A DNA stretch of 64,000 nt from NCBI GenBank assembly GCA_009914755.4, contig CP086569.2, forward strand, positions 25,056,001 to 25,120,000, read 5' to 3'. The notes beneath the pieces are model-generated. The model did no database searches. It saw only the letters and a program-made list of their open reading frames with translations, and was not told the origin of the DNA. This DNA comes from the human T2T-CHM13v2.0 reference genome, Homo sapiens. Positions within the stretch are counted from its first letter, which is position 1; each line of letters begins with the position of its first letter. Positions 36,396 to 50,100 of the stretch are shown here, one piece after another. Both the position numbers and the translations under genes were made by a program.

Positions 36396-37920
36396 GAGCC
36401 TGACCTCATGACGCTTACATTAATTAAAAAGAAAAGGAACCAAACCTCTCAGAAGCAATAATGAAAATATTACAGCTAGAGAATTGAGCAAGTGCTAAGA
36501 TCACATTATAAACTGAGTAAAGAGTTTAAAGGGGAGGTGGTTGAAGATGGAAGTGATCCAGATCATCTCTCAGAAAAAGTGTAAACTCATCAGGACCTTG
36601 ATGCATAGGATTTGCGTGGTGCACTAAAAGAAGAGCTTTGCAGGGGAGGGAAAATGAGCAAAGGAATAAAAAACAAATAAAACAAACAAACAAAAATCCA
36701 AGACCTTCTGGGGGCAGTGAGGAATCTACCCCGAGTCCAGAGTTGTATGCTGGAAATATAAGCCTGAGAAACTATCTAAGCCCTGTGAGGACAAAATTTG
36801 ATCAGTGACACCTTTGTACATGACATTGAAAAAGTGTACAATGAGTTTTGATCACTGGCTGTGAAAAACTTAAAGTCTTTAAGAAGCAGTATGAGTGACA
36901 GGACTTCTTAGCACGTGGAGAATGTGTAGGCTTTTGTTGGAAATAATTGAGGAGGAGGAGAAACTTAGTTGAATTTTAAAAAATAGGTAAAGGCTGCAGG
37001 CAGAATCAGGGAGAACATTCCAGGGATGATGACAGAAACAGTAGTAACTCTGAAGTGGATACAGTCAAGGTGGATTTGGGGGCAAAAAAAGTAAATGACA
37101 AAACTCTAGCGAAGGTGGAACAATAGGCCACTGTAACAAATTATTACAAATTTAGTGGCTTAATACAAGTGTATCATCTTACACTTCTGTAACATACGAG
37201 TCCAATAGAGGTCTTGTTCAGCTAAAATCTAAGTGTGCACAGGACTGTGTTCCTCTTGGAGGCTCTAGAGGATAATTTGTTTCCCTGTACTTTCTAGCTT
37301 CTAGGGGCCTGCTGCATTCTTTAGCCATAGCCCCTTCCTCTGTTTTCAAAGCCATCAACATCACATTGCTTTTCTCCTTCTTCTGTCACTTCCCCCTGAC
37401 TTTCCTCTTTTGCTTCCATCTTCTACATTTAAGGTCGTTCCAATGGCATTGATCAAGCTGCATGATCCTCGGCAATCTTCCTATCTTAAGGTCAGCTGCT
37501 GAACAACCTTAATTTCTCTTTGCCATGAGCCCTCACATACTCACAAGTTTTAGAGATTTGGATGAGGGCATCTTAGAAGAGAGGTCACAATCTGTTTGTT
37601 CCTCTCAGCTAGACATTTGAAAACTATCTTAGATTCTCCTCTTGTCCTCCATTTCCCAATTTAATCTATTATCTAATTCTATGTAGCTACGTCCTCAGGG
37701 CCTCTGGGACAAGTGTTCCTTGGAGATTCTTCAAAGGCCCTTATTTAAAGCAACAGAAAAATCGAGAAGACCATGAATACACATTCATGCCAATGCAGGT
37801 ATGTCAGTCATGGCTGTTGCTTTATTTGCATTATGTGTTGGAATTCTAAGTAACACTTGTTTTGTTGGTGAAGGAAATATGGAGATATCACAGAAATTTT
37901 ATTTTAAAAAGTTGAAATTG

Positions 37921-38168
37921 GGCTGAGCATGGTGGCTCATGACTGTAATCTCAGCACTTTGGGAGGCTGAGGTCTGGAGATCTCTTGAGGCCAGGAGTTC
38001 AAGACCAGCTTGGGCAGTATGGCAAAACCCTGTCTCTACTAGAATTACAAAATTTACCCTGGCATGATGGTGCATGCCATTAATCCCAGCTACTCAGGAG
38101 GGCGGAGGCAGGAGAATCTCCTGAACTTGGGAGGTGGAATTTGCAGTAAGCCAAGATCATGCCACTGT
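37921..38168 (+). mobile_element. Alu SINE, 3'-truncated at junction with the following ancient repeat
   Basis: ggctgagcatggtggctcatgactgtaatctcagcactttgggaggctgaggtctggagatctcttgaggccaggagttcaagaccagcttgggcagtatggcaaaaccctgtctctactagaattacaaaatttaccctggcatgatggtgcatgccattaatcccagctactcaggagggcggaggcaggagaatctcctgaacttgggaggtggaatttgcagtaagccaagatcatgccactg. Confidence 0.88.
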
Positions 38169-38184
38169 CTTGGAATCTTCTATC

Positions 38185-38370
38185 TAAACCTGTGCTTTCT
38201 ATTACATAGCCACTATCCTCATGTGGCTCTTCTTCTTTAATTAAAATTCAGTTCTACAGTTACAGTAGCCACATTTCTAATACTTGCTGGCTTTCATATT
38301 GGACAACACAGGTGTACATTTGCATCCTTGGAGAAAGTTCCACAGATTGGACAGTGCAGAATCCTAATGT
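38185..38370. repeat. Ancient mammalian interspersed repeat, copy 2 of the family seen at 21640-21790
   Basis: ctgtgctttctattacatagccactatcctcatgtggctcttcttctttaattaaaattcagttctacagttacagtagccacatttctaatacttgctggctttcatattggacaacacaggtgtacatttgcatcc. Confidence 0.45.
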
Positions 38371-39963
38371 GTGTCTCACCTTTGTCCCATACCCTCAAGT
38401 ATTTGCTAAGTGTTGCAGCTATTCCCTTCCCTTTCTGTGACAACGGTGTCATTTTCTCCCAGGGTTTCAAATTCTCCCACTTCACCTGACAGTTTTTCTT
38501 TGCAAAATTGACTGAAAAACTATAGCCTTCTTGCTTCTTCAGCTGTTTACAAAAGGAAAACCAAACTGACAACTTACGATAAACATGGAATGTATATAAA
38601 GTAAACTCCGTCTGATCTTCTGCCCATCTGTGTAGTTGATAACAGCACCATCATGCAATTGTTCTTTGAGTTCCCTTCTGTCTGTCCTCCTGCTGATTTA
38701 GCACCATGCTGCTCACCCATTTGTGGCTTTTCATATAGGGCTGAGTGTGGGGATGCATGTTATCTCCCTTACACACACACTGACACTTCTACATCCACAC
38801 CCACACACACATGCAAACCACCCACACACAAACACACACATTTGCCCCCCTTCTTTTTAGCACTGCTGCTTCAATGCTTGTGCAGAAGAAGGTAACAAGC
38901 ACTTCTTTTGGCAAACTTCAGCTCTAAAATTTAGCCCAGTAATAATTCATGATATCATTATTTACTTTATTCAATTTTCCACTGCCCATCCTTTCTCCCA
39001 TAACCTTCCCTGGAGAATTATTGCCAATTCCTCTAGTTTTTCACGGCTTTTGTATCATTCTTGCTTGTCTTTGTTACCCAATTTTTCTTCCTCAATCTGT
39101 TTTTCATCTGTTTTCTAAAGCAGGGGCAAAGGTTTTCCTTGGAAGACCAGATAGTGAATATTGTTGGCTCTGTGGGATAACCTGATTGCAGGTACTTAAC
39201 TCTGCCTTTGAAGGGTGAGAGCACCTTAGATGGTAGTGAGAAAGTGAACAAGGCTATAGTCCCCCATCTCACATGATATTTTAAATCCTACTTCATCATG
39301 CCCAGAGTCTTCTATTTGCCTTTCCTTCTACAGTCATAACCCTCCAATTCTAAAGTTAAAGCTGCCAGCTGTGCCTTGATTTTATTTATGAAATGCATCA
39401 TTCATTAGCACATGCATATCATGTTTCTTCTGATTCCGTTTTGTGTACGTGAATCAGGAGAAGATCCAGTGAGGCTTGATGAGCCTTGGTTTCTAACCCA
39501 CCTCAGATGTATCTTCCAGGAGTTTGACTAACTCCTCGCTTACTTGATATCCACCCCATGTTGAGAATTTTACCAGTCACCACTTCTCAGTTTGCATTTG
39601 GCCTTCCATGTTATTCTAGAAAATATTAATTGAGCATGTCCTGTGAGTCAGACACTGTGCTGGGTACTTTACTGTAAGGTGCTACAAAGTTACTACTATT
39701 CCATAAAGAAGAAAGCCAACAATAGGTTAAGTGCTCCCTGTGGTAACATTGCAAGTAAGTAGCAGAGCTACATAGAACCTAACTTTTTTTTATTTCAATC
39801 CTCTTGAGTTAAAAATACACACAGTGGGGTTACCATTGAGTATATCCATCCATGTTCCCTCCCATCCGTCTTTCATCTATATTTTCATTATCTGTGCTAG
39901 AAGCCAAGGAATCACTTGTAATTTTTCCAGCGTTTCTCATGAGTTTATTTCTTTTGCGAATCT

Positions 39964-39990
39964 GTTTGTTGTTGTTGTTGTTGTTCTTGT
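39964..39990 (+). repeat. (GTT)n microsatellite, the complement of the A-rich tail of the adjacent minus-strand Alu
   Basis: gtttgttgttgttgttgttgttcttgtttg. Confidence 0.85.
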
Positions 39991-40248
39991 TTGAGGCAGG
40001 ATAGTTCAGCTTACTGTTGTGTCATGTAATTCTCTCCTGTCAGGCTCCAGAGTAGCTGGGACTACAGGCAGACACCACAATGCCCAGAAATTTTAGTATT
40101 TCTGTAGAGATGTATTTTTTTGTAGAGAAGTGTTTCTTCTTTCATGCTGTTGCCTTGGCTGGTCTCAAATTCCTGGACTCCAACAGACTGTCTGCCTCAG
40201 CCTTCTGAAATGCTGGGATTACAGGCATGAGCCATTACACCTGTCCCA
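39990..40248 (-). mobile_element. Alu SINE, minus orientation, internally rearranged (local duplication ..tctgtagagatgtatttttttgtagagaagtg..)
   Basis: gaggcaggatagttcagcttactgttgtgtcatgtaattctctcctgtcaggctccagagtagctgggactacaggcagacaccacaatgcccag...gctggtctcaaattcctggactccaacagactgtctgcctcagccttctgaaatgctgggattacaggcatgagccattacacctgtccc. Confidence 0.85.
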
Positions 40249-40956
40249 ATCTGTTAAACTTCTTTGTAAGATCTCTCAGTACCTCAGAATATTTTCCTTT
40301 ATCTATCATTTCTTTCATCCTTTATAGAATAGAAAACTTCCTTTCTTATAAATTGGTGTATCAAGAGGCATATCATAGTCTCTTTTATTAGCACGGACAT
40401 GTATTTATAACACACATAGTTCAGTTAGAAAGAAAAAAATAGAGCACAAAGTGCTGCATTGCCTCACTTTTCTAGGTAAGTCACATGAGAGAAAGCTGAT
40501 TTTAGCTTCCCCCAACAGATGCCTTATGGAAATTTCTAAGGCAAGCTAATTAGTTTCTTCATCTTCTCACCACTCTTTATGATCCTTAACTTACCATCTA
40601 CCTCTGTTAAATCTTCTAAGTGTCAGTGCTGGTGCTAACTGCTCCAGTCCAAGTGAAGCCTAGCTTACTCCACCAGACACTCAGGGTCCTTTCAGTTGAA
40701 TGTGCCATACATTCAGATCGTGAGAATATTGTCTGTGATGTTATGTTAGAGGTCTTCTGGTTTTCTTATGGAAATACATAGGATTCTATAAGAAATATCA
40801 CAATTATATCATTTGTTTATTCCAGAAGTCATGCATCTTCACTAGTATGTGGGGAATGGTGACAAGCTTACTGGCGTATTTCAGGTTTAAGTTAGAAAGC
40901 AAAACAAAAGAAGAATTTTACATTTCCCATTGGTCATCTTTGAATTTCAATATTGA

Positions 40957-41118
<162 letters not shown>

Positions 41119-41432
41119 TAGTTTTCATAGGAATTTTTATTCCATTGTAACGATATAGTGTAATATGATTTTAGAACTGGAAGATCTGGACAGAGGAGGT
41201 AAATGAAATCCAGCACAATTAAATGAGGCTTGCACTGGAGTCCCAGAGACTGATAGCAGTCAACCAGGGCATATCCTGGGAGTTGTTTATTTATACTTTA
41301 ATTCAGCACAGACTAGCATGACCTCTGACTTTCCCATGATGTTCAGTTCATTATGTCATCCATCATGAATTGCTGCCACTTGAACACTTAAAACCCTAGT
41401 CCACCTGTAGCAAGTTGTGGCTTTGAAATGTC

Positions 41433-41544
41433 ATCCATCAGTGTTCAGGCAGTTTTCATGAATCATATTTTTCATCAGGACCTATTGTGTTCCATCCATT
41501 AAAATTCAGGCAGTTTTCATGAATCATGTTTTTCATCAGGACCT
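41433..41544. repeat. Two-copy tandem duplication of an approximately 55-60 bp unit (in TRAPPC2-like pseudo-intron)
   Basis: catccatcagtgttcaggcagttttcatgaatcatatttttcatcaggacct / ccatccattaaaattcaggcagttttcatgaatcatgtttttcatcaggacct. Confidence 0.9.
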
Positions 41545-43055
41545 TCGGGGTTAAAAAAGACCCTCAGTGACCCTCAGCAGCACTTCCTGACTGGGTGATT
41601 CATGTATGCTTACATCCCCAGTGACTACCTTGGCAATGCACAGGAAGCGCAAAAGCAGTACCAGAGATGATGACACCTTTTTTTGTCAAGAATGTTTCCA
41701 GAAACCAGGCTTGGCTCGAGAACATGTTATTATTCAGAGTAAACCAGCCCATAGATTTTTGACGTGAGAAGAGCCCAGTCCTTTCCAATTTATGTTTCTA
41801 ATACATTGCTGGCATGTTTGCACTGTTTCTCTCAAGCACACAAGTCAGCTTTAATGACATTTGAGGAAGTGATATTGTAAGTTACTTGCAATGTATAATG
41901 TTTAAGTGGGTGATACTTTTTAACTATTCAGGACTTGTCACCAAAATATGGTAGACAGGATTATGTGCCAGGTATTATTGTGGCATTACTTTCTCATATT
42001 ATGAGAACACTGCTCATTAAAACTTGTTTTGAGTACTTGTAGCAGTATTGCTTTCTAGGATGCAGCTACTTGTATATAATTTCTGTGCATTCCACTGGCC
42101 CTGTTGTGGAGAAAGGAGCAGACATAAAAATAATTTGTTGCATATATTGATTTTAATTCTTTCTCCTGCTACCATTCACCTTGTTAAAGCATTTTCACAA
42201 TTTGCTTCTAATCTTTCAGAATTGATCATCATTGTAAAAGAAACCACTGCTTGATCGAGACACGAAGAGATCCATTTATCTAAAGATTCACTTAGGTTTG
42301 TCATGACAATGTGAGTGAAGTGAAGCATGCTTTAGATGTCCGAGGGATTTTGGGAAAATGGGCTACCCTCCTCCAGCCCAAGATTGGGAACAGCTTCTTT
42401 GGCAAGGAGGCTGTCTCTGTTTCCTGTGGCTGTTGTAACAAAGTACCAAAAGTGTAGTGGCTTTGGACATCAGAAATGTATTTCCTCATTTCTGAGGGCC
42501 ACTGTCTAAAATCAAGATATCAGTGGTGACAAGATTCCTATGCAGGTCTTAAGGTAAGAATCTGTTCAGTTTCTCTCCCAGTTTCTGGAAGTTCCCTGGC
42601 TTGTAGCAGTGTAACTCCAGTCTTTCTGTGTCATTTTTCTCCCTTTGTGCATATCCAAATGTTCCTTTTTTTACTAAGTACATGAGTGGTTTTATTAGAG
42701 GCTCACCCTACCCTAAAATGACCTAATCTAAAATAACCATATATACATGTAACCTATCCTTCCAAATGAGGCCACACTCTGCGGTACTGTCACTTAGGAC
42801 ATCAACAAAAGAATTTTGAAGAGAATACACTTCCACCCGTAACTGAGGTGTTATTTTAAAACTATATTTTTTAAAAAATAATTCCATATAATGTGAAAAC
42901 AGATCTCTTTTATGTCTCTTGAAAATAACAAACAAAGCAAAATCAAACTTTTTTTTTCTGCGCAAGAAAACCATCTATAGAATTTACAGAATGAAATGTC
43001 GGCATTCTTCATTCCATAAGGATACATTAATCTGTTATTGCTCACACTGTCATTT

Positions 43056-43199
43056 ATGACAACCGTCACTGTCTGCACCAGTTCATAGCTCATGCTGCTC
43101 TTGACCTCATAGACGAGAACATGTGGCTTTTGAACAACATGTACTTGAAAAGTGTGGACAAGTCCAATAACTGGTTTGTGCCAGCACTCATTACTGCAG
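43056..43199 (+). pseudogene. TRAPPC2: TRAPPC2-like second coding exon, in frame but about 22% aa diverged, with canonical AG acceptor and GT donor apparently lost
   Basis: (G)ATGACAACCGTCACTGTCTGCACCAGTTCATAGCTCATGCTGCTCTTGACCTCATAGACGAGAACATGTGGCTTTTGAACAACATGTACTTGAAAAGTGTGGACAAGTCCAATAACTGGTTTGTGCCAGCACTCATTACTGCAG translates as [48 protein letters not shown], versus sedlin [48 protein letters not shown]. Preceded by ..gtcatttat (no AG) and followed by agcatacc (no GT). Confidence 0.85.
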
Positions 43200-43646
43200 A
43201 GCATACCTTTTTCCCTTTTTAGTAAAGATAATTAACTAAAGTTTGGGTTTACAAACTAGAGGAACATGGAACACAGATGCCTGGCTCTGAGTCTGTGTGC
43301 TTCAAAATTTGTATGAATGTAAAAGTTTCCATTTATGGGACTACTTTGTTTTATTAGGGGAGAAAATATTTTGTTGAACAGCTAATGATTAAACTAAGTC
43401 TCATACCCCCAAAGAGTTTATCTGATTCATATCAAGGTTGATGTTACATTACTTTTAGCTTTTTTCTTTTTTTACTTAGAATGCTTATATTCTTTTTCTG
43501 GTAAAACTAAGCTAATTTTGAACCCAGTTAATGTATTCAAGTCTTCCATCAGAAATACATGGAGTGTGACTAATTTGAAGAATATTGTATCAATGAACTG
43601 GTTGCTTTTTGTTTTTTACTTCTAAGAAAAATATTGCCTTAATTAT

Positions 43647-43737
43647 GTCACATATGAGATTTATTATGCTTCATGGCATAAGGCAAGAAGATGGAATAAA
43701 TCACTTCCTTACTGATGTTCATGATTAACATATAAAA
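43647..43737 (+). pseudogene. TRAPPC2: TRAPPC2-like third coding exon with a 2-bp insertion (frameshift) at its start and an in-frame TAA; GTAAGT donor retained
   Basis: gtcaCAtatgagatttattatgcttcatggcataaggcaagaagatggaataaatcacttccttactgatgttcatgatTAAcatataaaag|gtaagt. In the post-insertion frame this reads (S)[28 protein letters not shown], versus sedlin [30 protein letters not shown]. The extra ca relative to GTCATATGAGA shifts the frame from the preceding exon. Confidence 0.85.
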
Positions 43738-44089
43738 GTAAGTCATGTTCTATAATTTTAAAAATCTGATGATGGAAAAAAAGATTTGATCTTTGTCAGG
43801 AAACTGGCCTTTTCAAGTAACCCACTTAGGCTGCACAGCTTACGTTTCAGACTGCGTTTTCTCATAAGAACTGTGTCTGTCAACTCCCTTGGCAGGCAAG
43901 TCTTCACAGCGAGTTGAATGGGTATTTAGGAACACAACTTACAATAGTTATTTGTAGAATATTGTGAAGGCAAATTGTTTTCATGTTTTCCCTCTTAGTG
44001 TTCATAGTTGATTTCATCAGGGAACCATAAAGATAGCAAAGAAGCAGCCTACATAAGGGAAAACTAATTAAAATTTAATCTGAAATGTT

Positions 44090-44102
44090 TCCATCTATAT
44101 TC
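44090..44102. repeat. Left target-site duplication of the L1 at 44103-50293
   Basis: tccatctatattc immediately before the T/A-rich complement of the L1 tail, matching tccatctactttc at 50294-50306 (11/13). Confidence 0.65.
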
Positions 44103-47100
44103 TTTTTGTTTAATTATATTTTAAGTTTTAAGGTACATGTGCACAACGTGCAGGTTAGTTACATATGTATACATGTGCCATGTTGGTGTGCTGCACCCAG
44201 TAACTGGTCATTTAACATTAGATATATCTCCAAATGCTATCTCTCCGCCTCCCCCACCCCATAACACGCCCCGGTGTGTGATGTTCCCCTTCCTGTGTCC
44301 AGGTGTTCTCATTGTTCAATTCCCACCTATGAGTGAGAACATGCGCTATTTGGATTTTTGTCCTTGTTATAATGTGCTGAAAATGATGGTTTCCAGCTTC
44401 ATCTATGTCCCTACAAAGGAAATAATCTCATCATTTCTTATGGCTGCATAATATTCCATGCTGTATATGTTCCACATTTTCTTAATCCAGTCTATCATTG
44501 TTGGACATTTGGGTTGGTTCCAAGTCTTTGCTATTGTGAATAGTGCTGCAATAAACATACGTGTGCATGTGTCTTTATAGCAGCATGATTTATAATCCTT
44601 TGGGTATATACCCAGTAATGGGATGGCTGGGTCAAACGGTATTTCTAGTTCTAGATCCCTGAGGAATTGCCACACTGACTTCCACAATGGTTGAACGCGT
44701 TTACCGTCCCACCAACAGAGTAAAAGTGTTCCTATTTCTCCACATCCTCTCCAGCACCTGTTGTTTCCTGACTTCTTAATGATCACCATTCTAACTGGTG
44801 TGAGATGGTATCTCACTGTGGTTTTGATTTGCATTTCTCTGATGGCCAGTGATGGTGAGCATTTTTTCATGTGCTTTTTGGCTGTATAAATGTCTTCTTT
44901 TGAGAAGTGTCTGTTCATGTCCTTCACCCACTTTTTGATGGGGTTGTTGGTTTTCTTCTTGTAAATTTGTTTGAGTTCATTGTAGATTCTGGATATTAGC
45001 CCTTTGTCAGATGAGTAGATGGCAAAAATTTTCTCCCATTCTGTAGGTTGCCTGTTCACTCTGATGGAAGTTTCTTTTGCTGTGCAGAAGCTCTTTTGTT
45101 TAATTAGATCCCTTTTGTCAATTTTGACTTTTGTTACCATTGCTTTTGTTGTTTTAGACATGAAGTCCTTGCCCATGCCAATGTCCTGAATGTTATTGCC
45201 TAGGTTTTCTTCTAGGGTTTTTTATGGTTTTAGGTCTATAATTTAAGTATTTAATCCATATTGAATTAATTTTTGTATAAGATGTAACGAAGGGATCCAG
45301 TCTCAGCTTTCTACATATTGCTGGCCAGTTTTCCCAGCACCACTTCTTAAAAAGGGAATCATTTCCCCATTTCTTGTTTTTGTTAAAAAAACAAAACAAG
45401 GTTTTGGTTGTTTTGTTTTTGTTAAAAAAGCAAAACAGGTTTGTCAAATTTCAGATGGTTGTAGACATGCAGCATTATTTCTGAGGTCTGTGTTCTGTTC
45501 CATTGGTCTATATCTCTGTTTTGGTACCAGTACCATGCTGTTTTGGTTACTGTAGCCTTATAGAATAGTTTGAAGTCAGGTAGCGTGATGCCTCCAGCTT
45601 TGTTCTTTGGGTTTAGGATTGACTTGGCAATGCGGGCTATTTTTGGTTCCATATGACCTTTAAAGTAGTTTTTTCCAATTTTGTGAAAAAAGTCATAGGT
45701 AGCTTGATGTGGATGGCATTGAATCTACAAATTACTTTAGGCAGTATGGCCATTTTCACGATGTTGATTCTTCCTACCCATGAGCAAGGGATGGTCTTCC
45801 ATTTGGTTGTATTCTCTTTTATTTCATTATGCAGTGGTTTGTAGTTCTCCTTGAAGAGGCCCTTCACATCCCTTGTAAGTTGGATTCCTAGGTATTTTAT
45901 TCTCTTTGAAGTAATTGTGAATGGGAGTTCACTCATCATTTGGCTCTCTGTTTGTCTGTTATTGGTGTATAAGAATGCTTGTGATTTTTGCACACTGATT
46001 TTGTATCCTGAGACTTTGCCGAAGTTGCCTATCATCTTAAGAAGATTTTTGGCTGAGACGATGGGGTTTTCTAGATGTACAATCATGTCATCTGCAAACA
46101 GGGACAATTTGACTTCCTCTTTTCCTAATTGAATACCCTTTATTTCCTTCTCCTGCCTAATTGCCCTGGCCAGAACTTCCAACACTATGTTGAATAGGAG
46201 TGGTGAAAGAGGGCATGCCTGTCTTGTGCCAGTTTTCAAAGGGAATGCTTCCAGTTTTTGCCCACTCACTATGATATTGCCTGTGGGTTTGTCATAAATA
46301 GTTCTTATTATTTTGAGATCTGTCCCATCAATACCTAATTTATTGAGAGTTTTTAGCATTAAGCATTGCTGAATTTTGTCAAAGGCCTTTTCTGCATCTA
46401 TTGTGATAATCATATGTTTTTTGTCTTTGGTTCTGTTTATATGCTGGATTATGTCTATTGTTTTGCGTATGTTGAAGCAGCCTTGCATTCCAGGGATGAT
46501 GCCCACTTGATCATGGTAGATAAGCTTTTTGATGTGCTGCTGGAATTGGTTTGCCAGTATTTTATTGAGGACTTTTGCATCAATATTCATCAAGGATACT
46601 GGTCTAAAATTCTCTTTTTTTGTTGTGTCTCTGCCAGGCTTTGGTATCAGGATGATGCTGACCTCATAAAATGAATTGGGGAGGATTCCCTCTTTTTCTA
46701 TTGATTGGAATAATTTCAGAAGGAATGGTATCAGCTCTTCCTTGTACGTCTGGTAGAATTACACTGTGAATCCATCTGGTCCTGTACTTTTCTTGGTTGG
46801 TAAGCTGTTAATTATTGCCTCAATTTCAGAGCCTGTTTTTGGTCTATTCAGAGATTCAGCTTCTCCCTGGTTTAGTCTTGGGAGGGTGTATGTGTCAAGG
46901 AATTTATCCATTTCTTCTAGATTTTCTAGTTTATTTGCGTAGACATGTTTATAGTATTCTCTAATGGTAGTTCATATTTCTGTGGGATCAGTGGTGATAT
47001 CCCCTTTATCATTTTTTATTGTGTCTATTTGGTTCTTCTCTCTTTTCTTCTTTATTAATCTTGCTAGCAGTCTATCGATTTTGTTGATCTTTTCAAAAAA

Positions 47101-50100
47101 CCAGCTCCTGTATTCATTGATTTTTCGAAGGGTTTTCTCTGTCTCTATTTCCTTCAGTTCTGCTCCGATCTTAGTTATTTCTTGCCTTCTGCTGGCTTTT
47201 GAATGTGTTTGCTCTTGTTTCTCTAGTTCTTTTAATTGTGATGTTAGGGTGTCAATTGTAGATGTTTCCTGCTTTCTCTTTTGGGCATTCAGTGCTATAA
47301 ATTTCCCTCTACACACTGCTATGAATGTGTCCCAGAGATTCTGGTATGTTGTGTCTTTTTTCTCATCAGTTTCAAAGAACATCTTTATTTCTGCCTTCAT
47401 TTTGTTATGTACCCAGTAGTCATTCAGGAGCAGGTTTTTCAGTTTCCATGTAGTTGAGCAGTTCTGAGTGAGTTTCTTAATCCTGAGTTCTAGTTTGATT
47501 GCACTGTGGTCTGAGAGAAAGTTTGTTATAATTTCTGTTGTTTCACATTTGCTGAGGGGTGCTTTACTTCCAACTATGTGGTCAATTTTTGAATAAGTGC
47601 AATGTGGTGCTGAGAAGAATGTATACTCTGTTGATTTGGTGTGGAGAGTTCTGTAGAGGTCTATTAGGTCTGCTTGGTGCAGAGCTGAGTTCAATTCCTA
47701 GATATTCTTGTTAACTTTCTGACTTTTTGATCTGTCTTGTGTTGACAGTGGGGTGTTAAAGTCTCCCATTATTATTGTTTGGGAATCTAAGTCTCTTTGT
47801 AGGTCAGTAAGGACTTGCTTTGTGAATCTGGGTGCTCCTGTATTGGGTGCATATATATTTAGGAGAGTTAGCTCTTTTTGTTGAATTGATCCCTTTACCA
47901 TTATGTAATGGCCTTCTTTTTATCTTTTGATCTTTGTTGGTTTAAAGTCTGTTTTATCAGAGACTAGGATTGCAACATCTGCCTTTTTTTGTTTCTCATT
48001 TGCTTGGTGGATATTCCTCCATCCATTTATTTTGAGCCCATATGTGTTTCTGCATGTGAGATGGGTTTCCTGAATACAGCATACTGATGGGACTTGACTC
48101 TATCCAATTTGCCAGTCTGTGCCTTTGAATTGGAGAATTTAGCCCTTTTACATTTAAGGTTAATATAGTTATGTGTGAATTTGCTCTTGTCATTATGATG
48201 TTAGCTGGTTATTTTGTGCATTAGTTGATGCAGTTTCGTCCTATCCTCAATGGTCTTTACAATTTGGCATGTTTTTTCAGTGGCTGGTACCAGTTGTTCC
48301 TTTCCATGTTTAGTGCCTCCTTGAGGAGCTCTTTTAGGCAGGGCTGGTGGTGACAAAATATCTCAGCATTTGTTTGTCTGTAAAGGATTTTATTTCTCCT
48401 TTACTTATGAAGCTTAGCTTGGCTGGATATGAAATTCTGGGTTGAAAATTCTTTTATTTAAGAGTGTTGAATATTGGCCACCACTCTCTTCTGGCTTGTA
48501 GAGTTTCTGCTGAGAGATCAGCTGTTAATCTGATGGGCTTCCCTTTGTGGGTAACCCAACCTTTCTCTCTGGCTGACCTTAACATTTTTTCTTTCATTTC
48601 CACTTTGGTGAATACGACAATTATGTGCCTTTGAGTTGTTCTTCTTGAGGAGTATGTCTGTGGCGTTCTCTGTATTTTCTGAATTTGAATGTTGGCCTGC
48701 CTTGCTAGATAGGGGAAGTTCTCCTGGATAATATCCTGCAGAGTATTTTCCAATTTAGTTCCATTCTCCCCATCACTTTCAGGTACACCAGTCAGATGTA
48801 GATTTGGTCTTTTCACATAGTCCCACATTTCTTGGAGGCTTTTTTTCATTTCTTTTCATTCTTTTTTTTTTCTAAGCTTCTCTTCTCGCTTCATTTCACT
48901 CATTTGATCTTCCATCACTGATACCCTTTCTTCTAGTTGATTGAATAAGCTACTGAGGCTAGTGCATTCTTCTCGTAGTTCTCATGCATGGTTTTCAGCT
49001 CCATCAGGTCCTTTAAGGACTTCTCTGCTTTGGTTATTCTAGTTAGCCATTCATCTAATTTTTTTCTCAGCACTTTTGATTTCTTTGCCATGGGTCTGAA
49101 CTTCCTCCTTTAGCTTAGATCATCTGAAGCCCTCTTCTCTCAACTCGTCAAAGTCATTCTCTGTCCAGCTTTGTCCCATTGCTGGTGAGGAGCTGTGTTC
49201 CTTTGGAGGAGGAGAGGCACTCTGATTTTTAGAGTTTCCAATTTTTCTGCTCTGTTTTTTCCCCATCTCTGTAGTTTTATTTACCTTTGGTCTTTGATGA
49301 TGGTGATGTACTGATGGGGTTTTGGTATCGATGTCCTTTCTGTTTGTTATTTTTCCTTCTAACAGTCAGGACCCTCAGCTGCAGGTATGTTGGAGTTTGT
49401 TGGAGGTCCAATCCAGACCCTGTTTGCCTGGGTATCAGCAGCGGAGGCTGCAGAACAGTGGATATTGGTGAACAGCAAATGTTGCTGCCTGATCATTCCT
49501 CTGGAAGTTTTGTCTCAGAGGAGTACCTGGCCTTGCGAGGTGTCAGTCTGCACCTACTGGGGGGTGCCTCCCAGTTAGGCTACCCAAGGTTCAGGGAGCC
49601 ACTTGAGGAGGCTGTCTGTCCTTTCTCAGATTTCACGCTGTGTGCTGGGAGAACCGCTACTCTCTTCAAAGCTGTCAGACCGGGACATTTAAGTCTGCAG
49701 AGGATTCTGCTGCTTTTTGTTTGGCAATGCCCTGCCCCTAGAGGTGGAGTCTACGGAGGCAGGCAGGCCTCCTTGATCTGCGGTGGGCTCCCCCCAATTC
49801 AAGCTTCCTGGCCGCTTTGTTTACCTACTCAAGCCTCACAATGGTAGGCGCCCCTCCTCCAGCCTTGCTGCCGCCTTGCAGTTTGATCTCAGACTGCTGT
49901 GCTAGCCATGAGTGAGTCTCCAAGGGTGTAGGACCCTCCGAGCCAGGTGCAGGATATAATCTCCTGGTGTATTGTTTGGTAAGACCATTGGAAAAGCACA
50001 GTATTAGGGTGGGAGTGACACAATTTTCCAGGTGCCGTCTGTCACCCCTTTCTTTGACTAGGAAAGGGAATTTCCTGACCCTTTGCACTTCCTGGGTGAG

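Noticed and set aside
38760-38860. CA-rich imperfect repeat (cacacacactgacacttctacatccacacccacacacacatgcaaaccacccacacacaaacacacaca)
   Set aside because: It is a real but unremarkable degenerate (CA)n microsatellite, not worth a feature on its own.
44403-48193. Several long ORFs (up to 318 aa) that might be mistaken for novel genes
   Set aside because: All translate to recognisable L1 ORF2 endonuclease / reverse-transcriptase / C-terminal domain peptides in the correct order on the minus strand. They are fragments of one disrupted L1, as are the ORFs at 30412-33355 (plus) and 1919-2588 (minus).
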